64,000 nucleotides of DNA from a virus. Taxonomy: Duplodnaviria > Caudoviricetes. The translations under genes were made by a program, and so were the position numbers. Below the pieces are notes generated by a model. The model was not told the origin of the DNA. It did no database searches and saw only the letters and a program-made list of their open reading frames with translations. Each line of letters begins with the position of its first letter. Positions within the stretch are counted from its first letter, which is position 1. Positions 26,588 through 36,177 of this stretch are shown piece by piece. The DNA is taken from positions 7,103 to 71,102 of IMG/VR virus record IMGVR_UViG_3300048881_000548; one strand, written 5' to 3'.

Positions 26588-26899
26588 ATGAAGGCCTACG
26601 AGATTCCCCTCTCTCCTGAGCCCCAGCTCTTCAACATCCAGTTGGCTGGGGTGACCTACTACCTGACGCTTCGCTGGAATGGCGAAGCCGAGGCATGGCG
26701 CCTGGACATCGCTGCCCAGGACCGCACGCCGCTCCTCAATGGCCTCCTCGTGGTCACCGGCCTCGACCTCCTGGGGCAATACGCATACCTCGGCTTCGGC
26801 GGCATGCTGATCGTGCAAACGGATGCCGACCCAGATGCCGTGCCTACTTTCGAGAACCTTGGCAAAGAGGGGCACATCTTCTTTGTAGTGAAGGACTAG
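26588..26899 (+). CDS. Baseplate plug-like protein
   Basis: EIPL, W.LDI and VTG.DLL.QY.YLGFGG. Confidence 0.8.
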   Translation: MKAYEIPLSPEPQLFNIQLAGVTYYLTLRWNGEAEAWRLDIAAQDRTPLLNGLLVVTGLDLLGQYAYLGFGGMLIVQTDADPDAVPTFENLGKEGHIFFVVKD

Positions 26900-26901
26900 C
26901 C

Positions 26902-27858
26902 ATGGCCGACGACATCCAGTTTCTTCGCCGCGCTTCCCTGATCCTCGTGGAAGGCGAAAAGGCGATTGACTTGAGCGAGATGCATTTCAAGTTCGAGACC
27001 AAGCAGGCCGACGAGGAGAGCCCCAACAACTGCGCTGTGCGGGTCTTCAATTTGAGTGAGGACACCATCAAGAAGGTCAAGGGCGAATACAGCGAGATCG
27101 TTCTCCAGGCTGGATACGAGCAAGGCGCCTTCGGCGTGATCTTTCAGGGCACCATCAAGCAATTCCGGGAGGGCAAGGATCCCGACGGCGCTACCAACTA
27201 CCTCGATATCCTGGCTGCCGACGGCGACCTGGCCTACAACTTTTCGCTGGTGAACATGAGCCTGGCTGCTGGATCCACCGCGGAGCAGCGCGTCCAGGCG
27301 GCTATTGGTGCCATGAATGCCAACGGCGTAACAGCAGGAAGCATCAACATCCCTGGGACCGGTGGCGTGCTGCCAAGGGGCAAGGTGCTCTTTGGCCTTG
27401 CCCGCGCTGCACTGCGCCAGGAGACGGGCTCGCAAGGCACGACGTGGAACATCAACAACGGGCAGGTGAACATCGTGCCCCTAGACAGCTACCTGCCCAC
27501 GGAGGCTGTCGTGCTCACCTCCAACACCGGCCTCATTGGCCGCATCGAGCAGACCGAGCAAGGCATGGTATGCCGCGCCCTCATCAACCCAAAGCTGATC
27601 GTGGGCGGTCTCGTGCAGATCGACAACCGGAGCATCAATACCACGAGCCAGGCGCCCAACGCTCAACTCGAGGGCGGCTCTCAAGTGCCCTACAACAAGT
27701 GGGCTGGCGTGCAGCAATTCGCAAGCACGAGCGAGGACGGTCTCTACCGCATCTACGTGGCTGAGTTCGTGGGGGACACGCGCGGCCCCCAGTGGTATGT
27801 GGACCTGATCTGCCTCAGCGTTGACCCCGTGACCAAAAAGGTGAAACCCTATGGATAG
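26902..27858 (+). CDS. Baseplate hub protein
   Basis: VFNLS, LQAGY, IFQG.I.Q, LPRGKVLFG and GDTRG..WY. Confidence 0.85.
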   Translation: MADDIQFLRRASLILVEGEKAIDLSEMHFKFETKQADEESPNNCAVRVFNLSEDTIKKVKGEYSEIVLQAGYEQGAFGVIFQGTIKQFREGKDPDGATNYLDILAADGDLAYNFSLVNMSLAAGSTAEQRVQAAIGAMNANGVTAGSINIPGTGGVLPRGKVLFGLARAALRQETGSQGTTWNINNGQVNIVPLDSYLPTEAVVLTSNTGLIGRIEQTEQGMVCRALINPKLIVGGLVQIDNRSINTTSQAPNAQLEGGSQVPYNKWAGVQQFASTSEDGLYRIYVAEFVGDTRGPQWYVDLICLSVDPVTKKVKPYG

Positions 27859-28711
27859 AAGAGAACGTGCTGGGGATCCACAAGCCGCCCTCCTCGCTGC
27901 TTTCAGCGGCATGCAAAGCGAGATCTACACGAGCTTGCCCTGCCTCATCCAAAGCTTCAATCCAGCGAAGCGCACGGTGACCGCCCAGCCGACCATCAAG
28001 GCCCAGGCGCAGAACCCCGACGGAAGCTTTCAGTGGATTGCCTTGCCCATTCTCCCGGACGTGCCCGTTTACTTCCCGGAGGGCGGTGGCGTTACTCTGA
28101 CCTTCCCGATTCAAAGCGGAGACGAGGCTCTTGTCGTCATCGCTAACCGCTGCATTGACGCGTGGTGGCAGAGCGGGGGCATCCAGGTTCAAGCCGACAT
28201 CCGCATGCACAGCCTCAGCGATGGCTTCGCTTTCGTGGGCATCTCCTCGGTGCCGCGCGTTATCTCCAACATCAGTACGAGCCGCGCGCAGCTTCGCAGC
28301 AACGACGGCCAGGCTTTCGTGGAGCTGGACCCTACCTCGCACTTCATCCGCGTCCGCACGACGGGCAAGTTCGAGGCCAATGCCGACAGCGACATCCTCA
28401 TCAAGTCCGGGACTCGGATTGACTTGCAGGCGCCCATCATCCAGGGCACGGCGACCACAAGCTTTGGTGCCGCTGCGCCTCTCATTAACTTCCTGGGCAA
28501 CATGACTTGGGCGGGGCCAGGTGGCGGCGCCGGCACGGTGACGATGGGCAATATGACCGTCAACTGGAGCAGCTCTACGCTGAACCTGCTGAATACGAGC
28601 ATTGCTGCCACGGGCGGCACGCTGACGCACAACACCAAGAGCTTCGGCAGCACTCATACGCACGGCGGGGTTGCCACGGGCGCCGGCACCTCTGGGGCGC
28701 CCAACAACTAA
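27851..28711 (+). CDS. Baseplate spike (Gp138/gpV-like)
   Basis: DVPVYFP.GGG..LTFP..GDE, RCIDAWWQSG, RMHSLSDG and a C-terminal HTH (His-x-His) iron-binding tip. Confidence 0.9.
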   Translation: MDRRERAGDPQAALLAAFSGMQSEIYTSLPCLIQSFNPAKRTVTAQPTIKAQAQNPDGSFQWIALPILPDVPVYFPEGGGVTLTFPIQSGDEALVVIANRCIDAWWQSGGIQVQADIRMHSLSDGFAFVGISSVPRVISNISTSRAQLRSNDGQAFVELDPTSHFIRVRTTGKFEANADSDILIKSGTRIDLQAPIIQGTATTSFGAAAPLINFLGNMTWAGPGGGAGTVTMGNMTVNWSSSTLNLLNTSIAATGGTLTHNTKSFGSTHTHGGVATGAGTSGAPNN

Positions 28712-28723
28712 GGAGAAAGCAAG

Positions 28724-29083
28724 ATGCGATACCGAGCGCTGGACGCCAATGGCGACTACCAGTTCATGGGAACGTCGCCCTTCCTCGTCAATTCGCCGGA
28801 GGCCGTGGCGCAAGCCATTCTTACTAGGCTGCGCCTGATGACCAAGGAATGGTTCCTCAACAGCAAGGAAGGCCTCGACAAGGAGCGCATCCTTGGCTAC
28901 GGCACTGCCCTGACCAGAGATCTCGCCGTGAAGCGGCGCATTCTCGATACCGCGGCGCCTGACGGCACTTTGCTGGTAAAGAAGCTGACGAAATACTACA
29001 GCACGGTGCAAAACCGCAATTTCAGGGTGGTGGCTTCGGTCGACACCATTTACGGGCCTGCAACGATTCAAGGGGACTTCTGA
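28724..29083 (+). CDS. Baseplate wedge (gp25/W-like)
   Basis: MRYRALDANGDY, EAVAQA..TRL.L..EWFL and DTIYG. Confidence 0.85.
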   Translation: MRYRALDANGDYQFMGTSPFLVNSPEAVAQAILTRLRLMTKEWFLNSKEGLDKERILGYGTALTRDLAVKRRILDTAAPDGTLLVKKLTKYYSTVQNRNFRVVASVDTIYGPATIQGDF

Positions 29084-29085
29084 CC

Positions 29086-30273
29086 ATGCCGACCTATCCT
29101 CTCCCGACGCTGGCCGCCACTGTCGATGCCAACGGCATCACGGCGCCGCCCTTCTCGGACATCTACCAGAGCCTGCAGGCCAGTGTGCAGGCCATCTATG
29201 GGGCCGACACCTACATCGCCCCTGACAGCCAGGACGGCCAGCTCCTTGCCGTCTTCGGCCAAGCCGTGAGCGATTGCAATGACGTTGCCGAGAACGTCTA
29301 CCGCAGCTTCTCGCCGACCACGGCGCAGAGCGAGGCCCTCAGCAGCAACGTCAAGATCAATGGCATCGCCAGAGCCGTGGCAAGCTACAGCTCAGCCACC
29401 GTCCGCGTGGTGGGCGTCATCGGCACCACCATCACGAATGGCATCGTGGCTGACACGCTGCAGCGGCGCTGGCTGCTTCCAGCCTCCGTGGTCATTCCCT
29501 CGGCGGGTTATATCGACGTGACGGCAGATGCCGAAGACCTCGGCGATCTCACGGCAGACATCGGCAGCATCAATCAGATCATCAACCCGCAGTTGGGGTG
29601 GCAGGCAGCCTCGAACACCACCACGGCAGCTCCTGGGGCTCCCGTGGAGTCCGATGCTGCTCTGCGCCGCCGCCAGACCTACTCTACGGCCCTGCCATCA
29701 CGCACGGTGATCGACGGGATTACCGGCGCCATCGCGGCCATCGCTGGCGTCACCCAGGTCGTGGTCTACGAGAATGACACAGACATCGTTGATGCCAACG
29801 GCCAGCCTGCCCACAGCATTGCCGCCGTGGTGCTGGGAGGCGATGCCACGGCCATCGCTACGGCCATCGCTACGAAAAAGACGCCTGGGGCCTATACGCA
29901 TGGCTCTACGGCCGTCACAGTGGTGGGAGCCAATGGCCTGCCCTCCATCATCCGCTTGGCCTATGCAACGGCTACCCCGCTGGCCGTCAACATCACCATC
30001 AAGGCGCTGACGGGCTACACGAGCAGCATTGGCGACCAGATCAAGGCCGCGCTGGTGACCTACGTCAACAACCTTGGCATCGGCAAGCGCAGTGACCTGG
30101 GCAAGCTCTACTTGCCGGCGCAGTTCTATGGGGCTTCGCCTAGCGAGAAGTTCGAGGTCGACACCCTGCAGCAGGCCATCAAGCCAGCCGTGCCCAGCGC
30201 CGCCGACGTGCCGATTCCCTACAACGCCTGGGCTACCCTTGCCCTCGCGGACATCAACCTGACGGTGACGTGA
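29086..30273 (+). CDS. Baseplate J-like protein
   Basis: IYGAD....DSQDGQ, ESDAALR.RQ, YENDT and HSIAAVV.GG. Confidence 0.92.
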   Translation: MPTYPLPTLAATVDANGITAPPFSDIYQSLQASVQAIYGADTYIAPDSQDGQLLAVFGQAVSDCNDVAENVYRSFSPTTAQSEALSSNVKINGIARAVASYSSATVRVVGVIGTTITNGIVADTLQRRWLLPASVVIPSAGYIDVTADAEDLGDLTADIGSINQIINPQLGWQAASNTTTAAPGAPVESDAALRRRQTYSTALPSRTVIDGITGAIAAIAGVTQVVVYENDTDIVDANGQPAHSIAAVVLGGDATAIATAIATKKTPGAYTHGSTAVTVVGANGLPSIIRLAYATATPLAVNITIKALTGYTSSIGDQIKAALVTYVNNLGIGKRSDLGKLYLPAQFYGASPSEKFEVDTLQQAIKPAVPSAADVPIPYNAWATLALADINLTVT

Positions 30274-30944
30274 TGAAGACGATTGACGACTATCTCGCGC
30301 TCATCACGGATGAGCATCGCGACAAGCCCCTCTTCATTGGTATGGTCACGATGGTGGTTCAGCCCCTCATCGACATTGCCAACCAGATGCGGCAGCTCGT
30401 CTTCGACTTTGATCTGGATGACGCCGTGGGCGTGCAGCTCGACGCCGTTGGCAAGTGGGTGGGCTTGAGCCGGGTGCTTGCCGTGCCGCTGACGGGCATC
30501 TACTTCAGTTGGGATGACACGGCCCTCGTGGGCTGGGACTCCGGTAGCTGGAAAGGTGACTTCGATCCCACTACGGGCCTGACGTCCTTGCCCGACGACG
30601 AGTATCGGCGCCTGCTGAAAGCGAAGATCGCGGCCAACCATTGGGACGGCACCATGGCAGGCGCCCAAGCCATTTGGAACCAGGTCTTTGCGGGGCAGCA
30701 GATCATCATCCTCCAGGACAACCAGGACATGTCGATGACGATTGGCTTCGTCGGGGCTCCGCTGAGCACCATTCAGCAGGCCCTCCTCACGGGCGGCTAC
30801 TTCCCCCTGAAACCAGGGGGAGTGCGCATCCGCAACTACGCCATCCCGCCAAACACTGGGCCGCTCTTCGCCTGGGATGCAAACAGCCCTCAGCTCGCAG
30901 GCTGGGAAACCGGCTCTTGGGCCAAAGAAGTATCAACGTCTTAA
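30270..30944 (+). CDS. Baseplate wedge protein (DUF2612)
   Basis: FDLD.AVGVQLD.VG.WVG, YR.LLKAKIAANHWDG and DNQDMS. Confidence 0.9.
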   Translation: MMKTIDDYLALITDEHRDKPLFIGMVTMVVQPLIDIANQMRQLVFDFDLDDAVGVQLDAVGKWVGLSRVLAVPLTGIYFSWDDTALVGWDSGSWKGDFDPTTGLTSLPDDEYRRLLKAKIAANHWDGTMAGAQAIWNQVFAGQQIIILQDNQDMSMTIGFVGAPLSTIQQALLTGGYFPLKPGGVRIRNYAIPPNTGPLFAWDANSPQLAGWETGSWAKEVSTS

Positions 30945-30956
30945 CAGGAGTCCTTC

Positions 30957-31862
30957 GTGGCAACCACCAACATCATTCCATTTGCGCCGGTCGACACCGG
31001 CACCAACCTGCTCTCGGATGCCGCCTACCTGGCGGCGAGCGACCGCACCAACGGCAATCAGCCCGGCATCGCTTCGGCCAAGCTCAACAACAAGGCGCTG
31101 CGCCAGGCTTCGGCCATTGCCGCAGGCGTGGGCCAGTACCTTGCCGACAACCAAGCCACCAACGTCACCGATGCCTTGACGCCGGCGCAGATCTCCACGA
31201 TGCTGACCACCTCCATGGGGGCCCGCTGGGCGCGCTACCTGGCCAGCGGCAGCTTCACGGTGCCCCCAGGCATCACGACGATCTACCTGACGGGCTGTGC
31301 TGCCGGGGGTGGCGGCGGTGGCGCCGCAGGCAATGGCGGCACGGCCACCTCAGCCGGTGGCGGCGGTGGCGGTGCGAGCGGCCAGGTGCTCATCAATGAG
31401 CCCTACACGGTCACCCCTGGCCAGGTGATTGCCATCACGATGGGCACGGGCGGCGCCTTCGGCTCAGGCGCTGGCGTGGCGGTCAACGGGGCAGCAGGCG
31501 GCGCCGGGGGCAATCTCGTCGTCGGCTCGCTCGTTACCCTGACGGGCGGCGGTGGCGGCGGCGGTGGCGTCAATTCAGCCTCCAATGGCTCGGGCGGCAG
31601 CGGCGGCACCACAGGCGGCGCCCGCGGTATGTTCGGCTTCGACGGTGGCGCTGGAGCTAGCGGCGGCATGGGTGCATCCAGCCCCTTCGGTGGTGGCGGC
31701 GGCAACGGCCACGGCGGCGCCGGTGGTGGCAACACGGGCGGCACGAACGGCTATGGCTACGGCTCGGGTGGCGGCGGCGGCGCTGCCGTCTACACGGCTA
31801 CGGCACTCGGCGGCACCAATGGTGGCGTCGGCGCCAACGCCTGTCTCCTCATTCGTTGGTAA
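30957..31862 (+). CDS. Short glycine-rich tail fibre
   Basis: Baseplate-anchor N-terminus (GIASAKLNNKALRQAS) followed by SGSFTVP and a polyglycine domain. Confidence 0.8.
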   Translation: MATTNIIPFAPVDTGTNLLSDAAYLAASDRTNGNQPGIASAKLNNKALRQASAIAAGVGQYLADNQATNVTDALTPAQISTMLTTSMGARWARYLASGSFTVPPGITTIYLTGCAAGGGGGGAAGNGGTATSAGGGGGGASGQVLINEPYTVTPGQVIAITMGTGGAFGSGAGVAVNGAAGGAGGNLVVGSLVTLTGGGGGGGGVNSASNGSGGSGGTTGGARGMFGFDGGAGASGGMGASSPFGGGGGNGHGGAGGGNTGGTNGYGYGSGGGGGAAVYTATALGGTNGGVGANACLLIRW

Positions 31863-31874
31863 GAAAGGCGTGAA

Positions 31875-32480
31875 ATGAAGAAAGCAATTATTCTCTCGAT
31901 GAATGGCTCCGTTGCCCAATGGCGCGACTACGGGGACGACCCCGAAGCCTTTCCCCCGGCAGATACAGGAACTCAGGAGATCGACCTCCCCGATGACTTC
32001 GTCTTCCCCAACGAGCCGCGCTGGTTCATCGACGGCAAGCTGACGGAAGAGGCTCCGCACGATCGGCGGGCGCTCTATCACGTGCCGACGGGCAACGTGA
32101 TTCAATGGCGGGACTACGTCCTCTACACCTACCCCGAGCTGGATGCCGACACCCAGGAGATTCCCCTCGACAAGGGCTTCCAGATCCCTGAGGGCGACTG
32201 CTGGTTCCGCAACGGGGAGTTCACGCAAGTGCCCCCGCCGCCCCCCAAGCCCTTGCCGCCGACGGAGCAGCAAGTCAAGGAAGAGCGCAACGCTCGGCTG
32301 GTCGCCGCCAATCTGCGGAAAGGCGCCTTGCAGGATGCCGTCGAGATCGGCGAAGCCACGGCTGAGGAGGAAGCACTCCTCGGCAAGTGGAAGGCCTACA
32401 CGACGGCGCTCACGCGTATCCCCTCTCAGCCCGGCTTTCCCGCTGATGTCCAGTGGCCCGAGGCTCCTGAAGAACTTTGA
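31875..32480 (+). CDS. Tail fibre assembly chaperone with duplicated N-terminal module
   Basis: C-terminal LQDAV..G.AT.EE..LL..WK.Y...L.RI..QPGFP..V.WP. Confidence 0.8.
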   Translation: MKKAIILSMNGSVAQWRDYGDDPEAFPPADTGTQEIDLPDDFVFPNEPRWFIDGKLTEEAPHDRRALYHVPTGNVIQWRDYVLYTYPELDADTQEIPLDKGFQIPEGDCWFRNGEFTQVPPPPPKPLPPTEQQVKEERNARLVAANLRKGALQDAVEIGEATAEEEALLGKWKAYTTALTRIPSQPGFPADVQWPEAPEEL

Positions 32481-32495
32481 CCCGAAAGGAACGTC

Positions 32496-33074
32496 ATGAA
32501 ATACGCGCTCTACCATATTGCCTCCGGTGCCGTGGTCCAGTGGCAGGATTCCGACCTGACCACATACCCCGAGGCCGGGCCCAACTACGCCCTCCTCGAA
32601 CTCTTCGACCCGCTGCCGGAAGAGTTCGACCCCGCAGCCCCTTCCCCCGGTTTCTGGGTGGTTGACGGAGCACTCTCGCGAGTTCCGCCGCCGCCCACGC
32701 TGGCGGAGCTGGCCATCTCGCTGCAGGCCGCCGTGCAAGCTGCCGCCATGGGCGTGCTGGGCAGCGCCATCTACGCGGGCGTAGCCTTTGCCACCGTCAC
32801 GGATGCGCGCTTCTCCCAGCTCTTGCCGGTTGCCATCAGCCCCGACGACTTCCCATCGCTTTCGACGGTGTCCTTCCAGCAAGGCAGCCCGCTCGAGTGG
32901 GTGTCGCTGAGCAAGGCCGACTTGCGCACAGCAGTGTTGGCCTTCACGGCTCTGCGGGAAGCCTGCGAGGCCAATCGGCATGCCCACGCAATCGCAATCG
33001 AGGCCCTCGTCACGGCGAACAACCGCCCTGGGCTCGTGGCCTACGACGTGAACACTGGCTGGCCTACGGTCTGA
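32496..33074 (+). CDS. Tail fibre-associated protein (DUF4376-like)
   Basis: Shares the ALYH..G.V.QW module with the upstream gene; ends YDVNTGWP. Confidence 0.65.
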   Translation: MKYALYHIASGAVVQWQDSDLTTYPEAGPNYALLELFDPLPEEFDPAAPSPGFWVVDGALSRVPPPPTLAELAISLQAAVQAAAMGVLGSAIYAGVAFATVTDARFSQLLPVAISPDDFPSLSTVSFQQGSPLEWVSLSKADLRTAVLAFTALREACEANRHAHAIAIEALVTANNRPGLVAYDVNTGWPTV

Positions 33075-33084
33075 GGAGGGCGCC

Positions 33085-33612
33085 ATGACCAGCGTGCATC
33101 CATCCCAGTTGCTGGAATTCCTCGGCGCAAGCCGAGCCGCAGAGTTCGGCAGCGATAGAGTGGAGGTTCGCAGCCTCTCCTTCATCGTCTTCGCGCTCTT
33201 CTTCTACCAGCTCGCGGAGCCTGGCTTCTACATCACCTTCGTGCGGGAAAGCCTCTTCTACCGCGTGGCAAGCCTCAACAACTTGAACCACGTGTTGGGG
33301 ACTGCGTTCTTCGTGGCGGCCTGCATGATCCTGCCGCATCTCGTGAACCTCGTCTTCTTCCCCAAGCAGCTCGCCCGCAAGCTGCCCAGGAAGATTGCGG
33401 CCTTTGCCGCCATGGGTGGCGCCGTCATCTGGGGCTTCCTTGGCTACAAGGCTTGGCCCCTCGACTACGAGTGGTTGAGCGTGGTTTGCTTGCTGCGCGC
33501 CAGCATAGACCTGTGGCTGGGGGTCTTGCTGGGCCTCAGCGTAAACGCCCAACAGGCAAGAGATGCTCACGAGGCGGCTCAAGCCCAGATCGAAAAGGAG
33601 GCTGTGCAATGA
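33085..33612 (+). CDS. Multi-TM membrane protein (holin/antiholin candidate)
   Basis: About four hydrophobic segments; first gene of the lysis cassette. Confidence 0.55.
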   Translation: MTSVHPSQLLEFLGASRAAEFGSDRVEVRSLSFIVFALFFYQLAEPGFYITFVRESLFYRVASLNNLNHVLGTAFFVAACMILPHLVNLVFFPKQLARKLPRKIAAFAAMGGAVIWGFLGYKAWPLDYEWLSVVCLLRASIDLWLGVLLGLSVNAQQARDAHEAAQAQIEKEAVQ

Positions 33613-34127
33613 AACCAGCAAGAAGTGTGGTGGTTACCCCGAAGATGGCGCGGCGCCTTCTCTTCATCTGGCTGGCGTGCTTCACGCTGATCGTGCGCGC
33701 CTATGCGGCGCCGCCATCGCTCAGCCAGCAGCTCGCCGTCTACGACTACAGTAGCGTGATGTGGGCGGCCATCTTCGGGCTCATGGGAGGCGTGGGGCGG
33801 AGCATCATCGGGCTCTTGAGTGAGAACGGCGTGGTGCTCTTCTTCTGGCGTGGCCTGGCTCGAGATCTCGTCTTCGCCATCATCGGTGGCGCCTTCGTCT
33901 ACATCGTCTTTCTCTACCTGCAGGTGCTTGCCCCCAACGTCTTCGTGAACGAGCTGCGCATCATCGTGATCTTCGTGGTGGGGGCATCGCGGGGCAAGTG
34001 GTATGACGCCTTCGGGGATCTCGTCATCATCGTCTTCAAGAAATGGAAAGCGAAGTTCACCGGCGAGCCCTTGCCCCCTGACCCGCTGCCGCCCACGACT
34101 GTGGCGGCCCCCCTCGATCCCAAGTAG
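33609..34127 (+). CDS. Holin candidate
   Basis: 3-4 TM helices and a basic C-terminus; immediately before the endolysin. Confidence 0.6.
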   Translation: MKPARSVVVTPKMARRLLFIWLACFTLIVRAYAAPPSLSQQLAVYDYSSVMWAAIFGLMGGVGRSIIGLLSENGVVLFFWRGLARDLVFAIIGGAFVYIVFLYLQVLAPNVFVNELRIIVIFVVGASRGKWYDAFGDLVIIVFKKWKAKFTGEPLPPDPLPPTTVAAPLDPK

Positions 34128-34135
34128 GAGCTGAC

Positions 34136-34774
34136 ATGCGTTTTCCCCAATCCGTCCCGGCCTGGGAGGCCTTGCTGCTGGCTGCTGGCGTTCGCGCCAG
34201 CACGGCCGCGCTCTGGGCCCCCATCTTCTTCACCACCATCCTGGCCACGAGCTTCAGCAAGGGCCCAGGCGAGCTGCCCGACTTCCTCAGCACCACGCTG
34301 CACGAATGCGGCAAGCTGGAACGGCTCAAGGAAAGCGGCATGTACAGCGCGGCGCGCATCCGCGAGATCGGCAACAGCCAGCCCGTGGGCAGCCGCTGGC
34401 GCTCGCTGGTACCGCGGGCCGATGCCTTGGCCTACAACGAGGGCGCCTTCTTCGAGGCCGTCTACGGGGGCCGCCTCGGCAACGATCAACCAGGTGATGG
34501 CGCCCTCTACCCAGGGCGCGGTCTCATCATGCTCACGGGCAAGGCCAACTACCGCTGGCAGGGTGACCGCAGCGGGCAGGATCTCGTAGGCATCCCGGAT
34601 CTTGCGGCGCAACCCCACTTCGCCCTGGAGTTCGCCCTCGACTACTGGGAGGGCCGCGTGCCCGACGCCATCATCGGAGACGCCAAGGCTATCCGCAAGA
34701 TCATCAACGGCGGCACCATCGGCCTCGAAGACGTGGTGAGCATCAAGGCCAAGATTACGAGGGCACTGGCATGA
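34136..34774 (+). CDS. Endolysin, glycoside hydrolase family 19
   Basis: HEC...L.E...YS, YGGRLGN..PGDG..Y.GRGLI.LTGKANY and INGG.IGL. Confidence 0.9.
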   Translation: MRFPQSVPAWEALLLAAGVRASTAALWAPIFFTTILATSFSKGPGELPDFLSTTLHECGKLERLKESGMYSAARIREIGNSQPVGSRWRSLVPRADALAYNEGAFFEAVYGGRLGNDQPGDGALYPGRGLIMLTGKANYRWQGDRSGQDLVGIPDLAAQPHFALEFALDYWEGRVPDAIIGDAKAIRKIINGGTIGLEDVVSIKAKITRALA

Positions 34775-35298
34775 ACCCGCTCAGTCTCCTCAATCCGTGG
34801 GTGCTCCTGGGCCTTTTAGCGGCTTTTCTGGCTGTGGCTGGGGGTAGCTATGTCGCCGGCGAGAAAAGCGAGCATACGGCCGTTATGGCGGCCTGGGATG
34901 CCGCTGAAAAGCAACGCGCCTGGGAGAGCCAGAAGAACGTCGAGCGTGTCCGGGAAACGGAAGGGAATTTGCAGGCGAAAGCCGATGCTGAAAGGAAAGC
35001 CAATGAGAACCGTATTGCTAGTCTCAATGCTCGCGTTGAGCGCCTTAGCGGCGAGCTGCAGCAACGCGCCAGTCGCCCCACCGCACCAGCAGCTAGTGGT
35101 GCCCAGGCTCCCGGACTTGGAGCCACGGGTAGCACCGGACTGGGACTCTATCGGGAGGATGGATTGTTTCTTGTCGGGGAGGCTTCCACCGGCAGGCTCA
35201 TCCAGCTGCAGCGCGACGAATGCTACCGAGCCTACGAAGCCGCCCAGGCCGCGCTAGCTAAGCTCGGGCTTTCTTCTCCGCCAGCTTCTTCGCGCTGA
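34771..35298 (+). CDS. Inner-membrane spanin (Rz-like)
   Basis: N-terminal TM helix, coiled coil and a C-terminal Cys. Confidence 0.8.
   Translation: MNPLSLLNPWVLLGLLAAFLAVAGGSYVAGEKSEHTAVMAAWDAAEKQRAWESQKNVERVRETEGNLQAKADAERKANENRIASLNARVERLSGELQQRASRPTAPAASGAQAPGLGATGSTGLGLYREDGLFLVGEASTGRLIQLQRDECYRAYEAAQAALAKLGLSSPPASSR
35003..35257 (+). CDS. Outer-membrane spanin lipoprotein (Rz1-like), embedded in Rz
   Basis: AAAGGA RBS; MRTVLLVSMLALSALAASC lipobox; Pro-rich mature part in the +1 frame. Confidence 0.75.
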   Translation: MRTVLLVSMLALSALAASCSNAPVAPPHQQLVVPRLPDLEPRVAPDWDSIGRMDCFLSGRLPPAGSSSCSATNATEPTKPPRPR

Positions 35299-35491
35299 GG
35301 CTCTTGTAGTAGGCGTCGCGCATCGCCTCGGCCTCATCCGTGTTGTTCAGCTTGAAGATGTGCTCATGGGCTTTGGTGATGCGCTCGCGATCCGCTTGGC
35401 GCAGGTACTTCCATGGCACCTCGGCGCGGGTGACTCTCCACCAACCCCGCTCGAAGTGGATCATGGGCTTGAAGAGGGCTGCTTTGGTCAT
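35258..35491 (-). CDS. Hypothetical protein
   Basis: Last gene of the - strand arm; overlaps the Rz 3' end convergently. Confidence 0.6.
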   Translation of the reverse strand: MTKAALFKPMIHFERGWWRVTRAEVPWKYLRQADRERITKAHEHIFKLNNTDEAEAMRDAYYKSLSAKKLAEKKARA

Positions 35492-35673
35492 CGCTTGTTC
35501 CTTGCCCTGACCCTTGCGAGCCAGTGTTGCGTCCACCCAGGATAAAGCCGCTCCATGTGGGCATTCGCCTCGCGGATGCTGTCACGCATGTGCTTGCGGT
35601 CGAGCCAGTGCCACCACCAGATGACGCCGGCAAAGACCGCGGCCACGGCAAGCACGATGAGCCAGCCGGTCAC
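35488..35673 (-). CDS. Small membrane protein
   Basis: GTGA coupling; N-terminal TM helix. Confidence 0.6.
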   Translation of the reverse strand: MTGWLIVLAVAAVFAGVIWWWHWLDRKHMRDSIREANAHMERLYPGWTQHWLARVRARNKR

Positions 35674-36140
35674 TCCAGCACCTCGCGGAAACGCTTGCGG
35701 CTCAGCGCGAGGAATGCCTCGGCCCCAGGCACCACCCAGGCGTAGCCCTCGGGATAGGGAGCGCGGAGGCCGCGCCATTGGAGCTGGCGGCCGATCTCGG
35801 CGTGCGTGCCGACGAACTTGAGGCCGCCCTCGGCGCGGCGCTCATACCACATGCCGCCATCGCAGATCGGGTCGTCGCTCGGCACGAACCACAGACGCTG
35901 GTGCTCGTCCGTGCCGTTGACGCAGGTATCCCACCAGCCCAGGCAGGGAGGCCGCGCGTTGAGGAACCAGTCGCTGTAGCCCACGGCTGCCTCGTCTGGG
36001 TAATTCAGGGGCTCACGCTGCACAAGGCGGATCCGCCCCCTTCTTGCTTTGCCGCCACCGGCCTCCTTCGGGAGCGCCTCGGTGTCTTCGGCCAATGCCA
36101 CCCGCGCTCTGCGGATTGGCAATTCCATCTGTTCGCTCAT
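35670..36140 (-). CDS. Hypothetical protein
   Basis: RBS AAAGGA; Trp-rich domain. Confidence 0.7.
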   Translation of the reverse strand: MSEQMELPIRRARVALAEDTEALPKEAGGGKARRGRIRLVQREPLNYPDEAAVGYSDWFLNARPPCLGWWDTCVNGTDEHQRLWFVPSDDPICDGGMWYERRAEGGLKFVGTHAEIGRQLQWRGLRAPYPEGYAWVVPGAEAFLALSRKRFREVLE

Positions 36141-36166
36141 TGGTCTTCCTTTCAAGTTGTTGCCGT

Positions 36167-36177
36167 CAATCTATACC
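36167..36177 (-). promoter_or_regulatory. GTATAnnT candidate phage promoter (GGTATAGATTG)
   Basis: Overlaps the SbcC-like stop codon, 27 nt before the next start. Confidence 0.5.

Noticed and set aside
31300-31830. GGC-rich repeats as a DNA-level repeat element
   Set aside because: Explained by polyglycine coding in the tail fibre.
30957-33074. Diversity-generating retroelement or invertible tail-fibre cassette
   Set aside because: No reverse transcriptase or invertase, and no near-identical TR/VR pair. The repeats are diverged protein modules.
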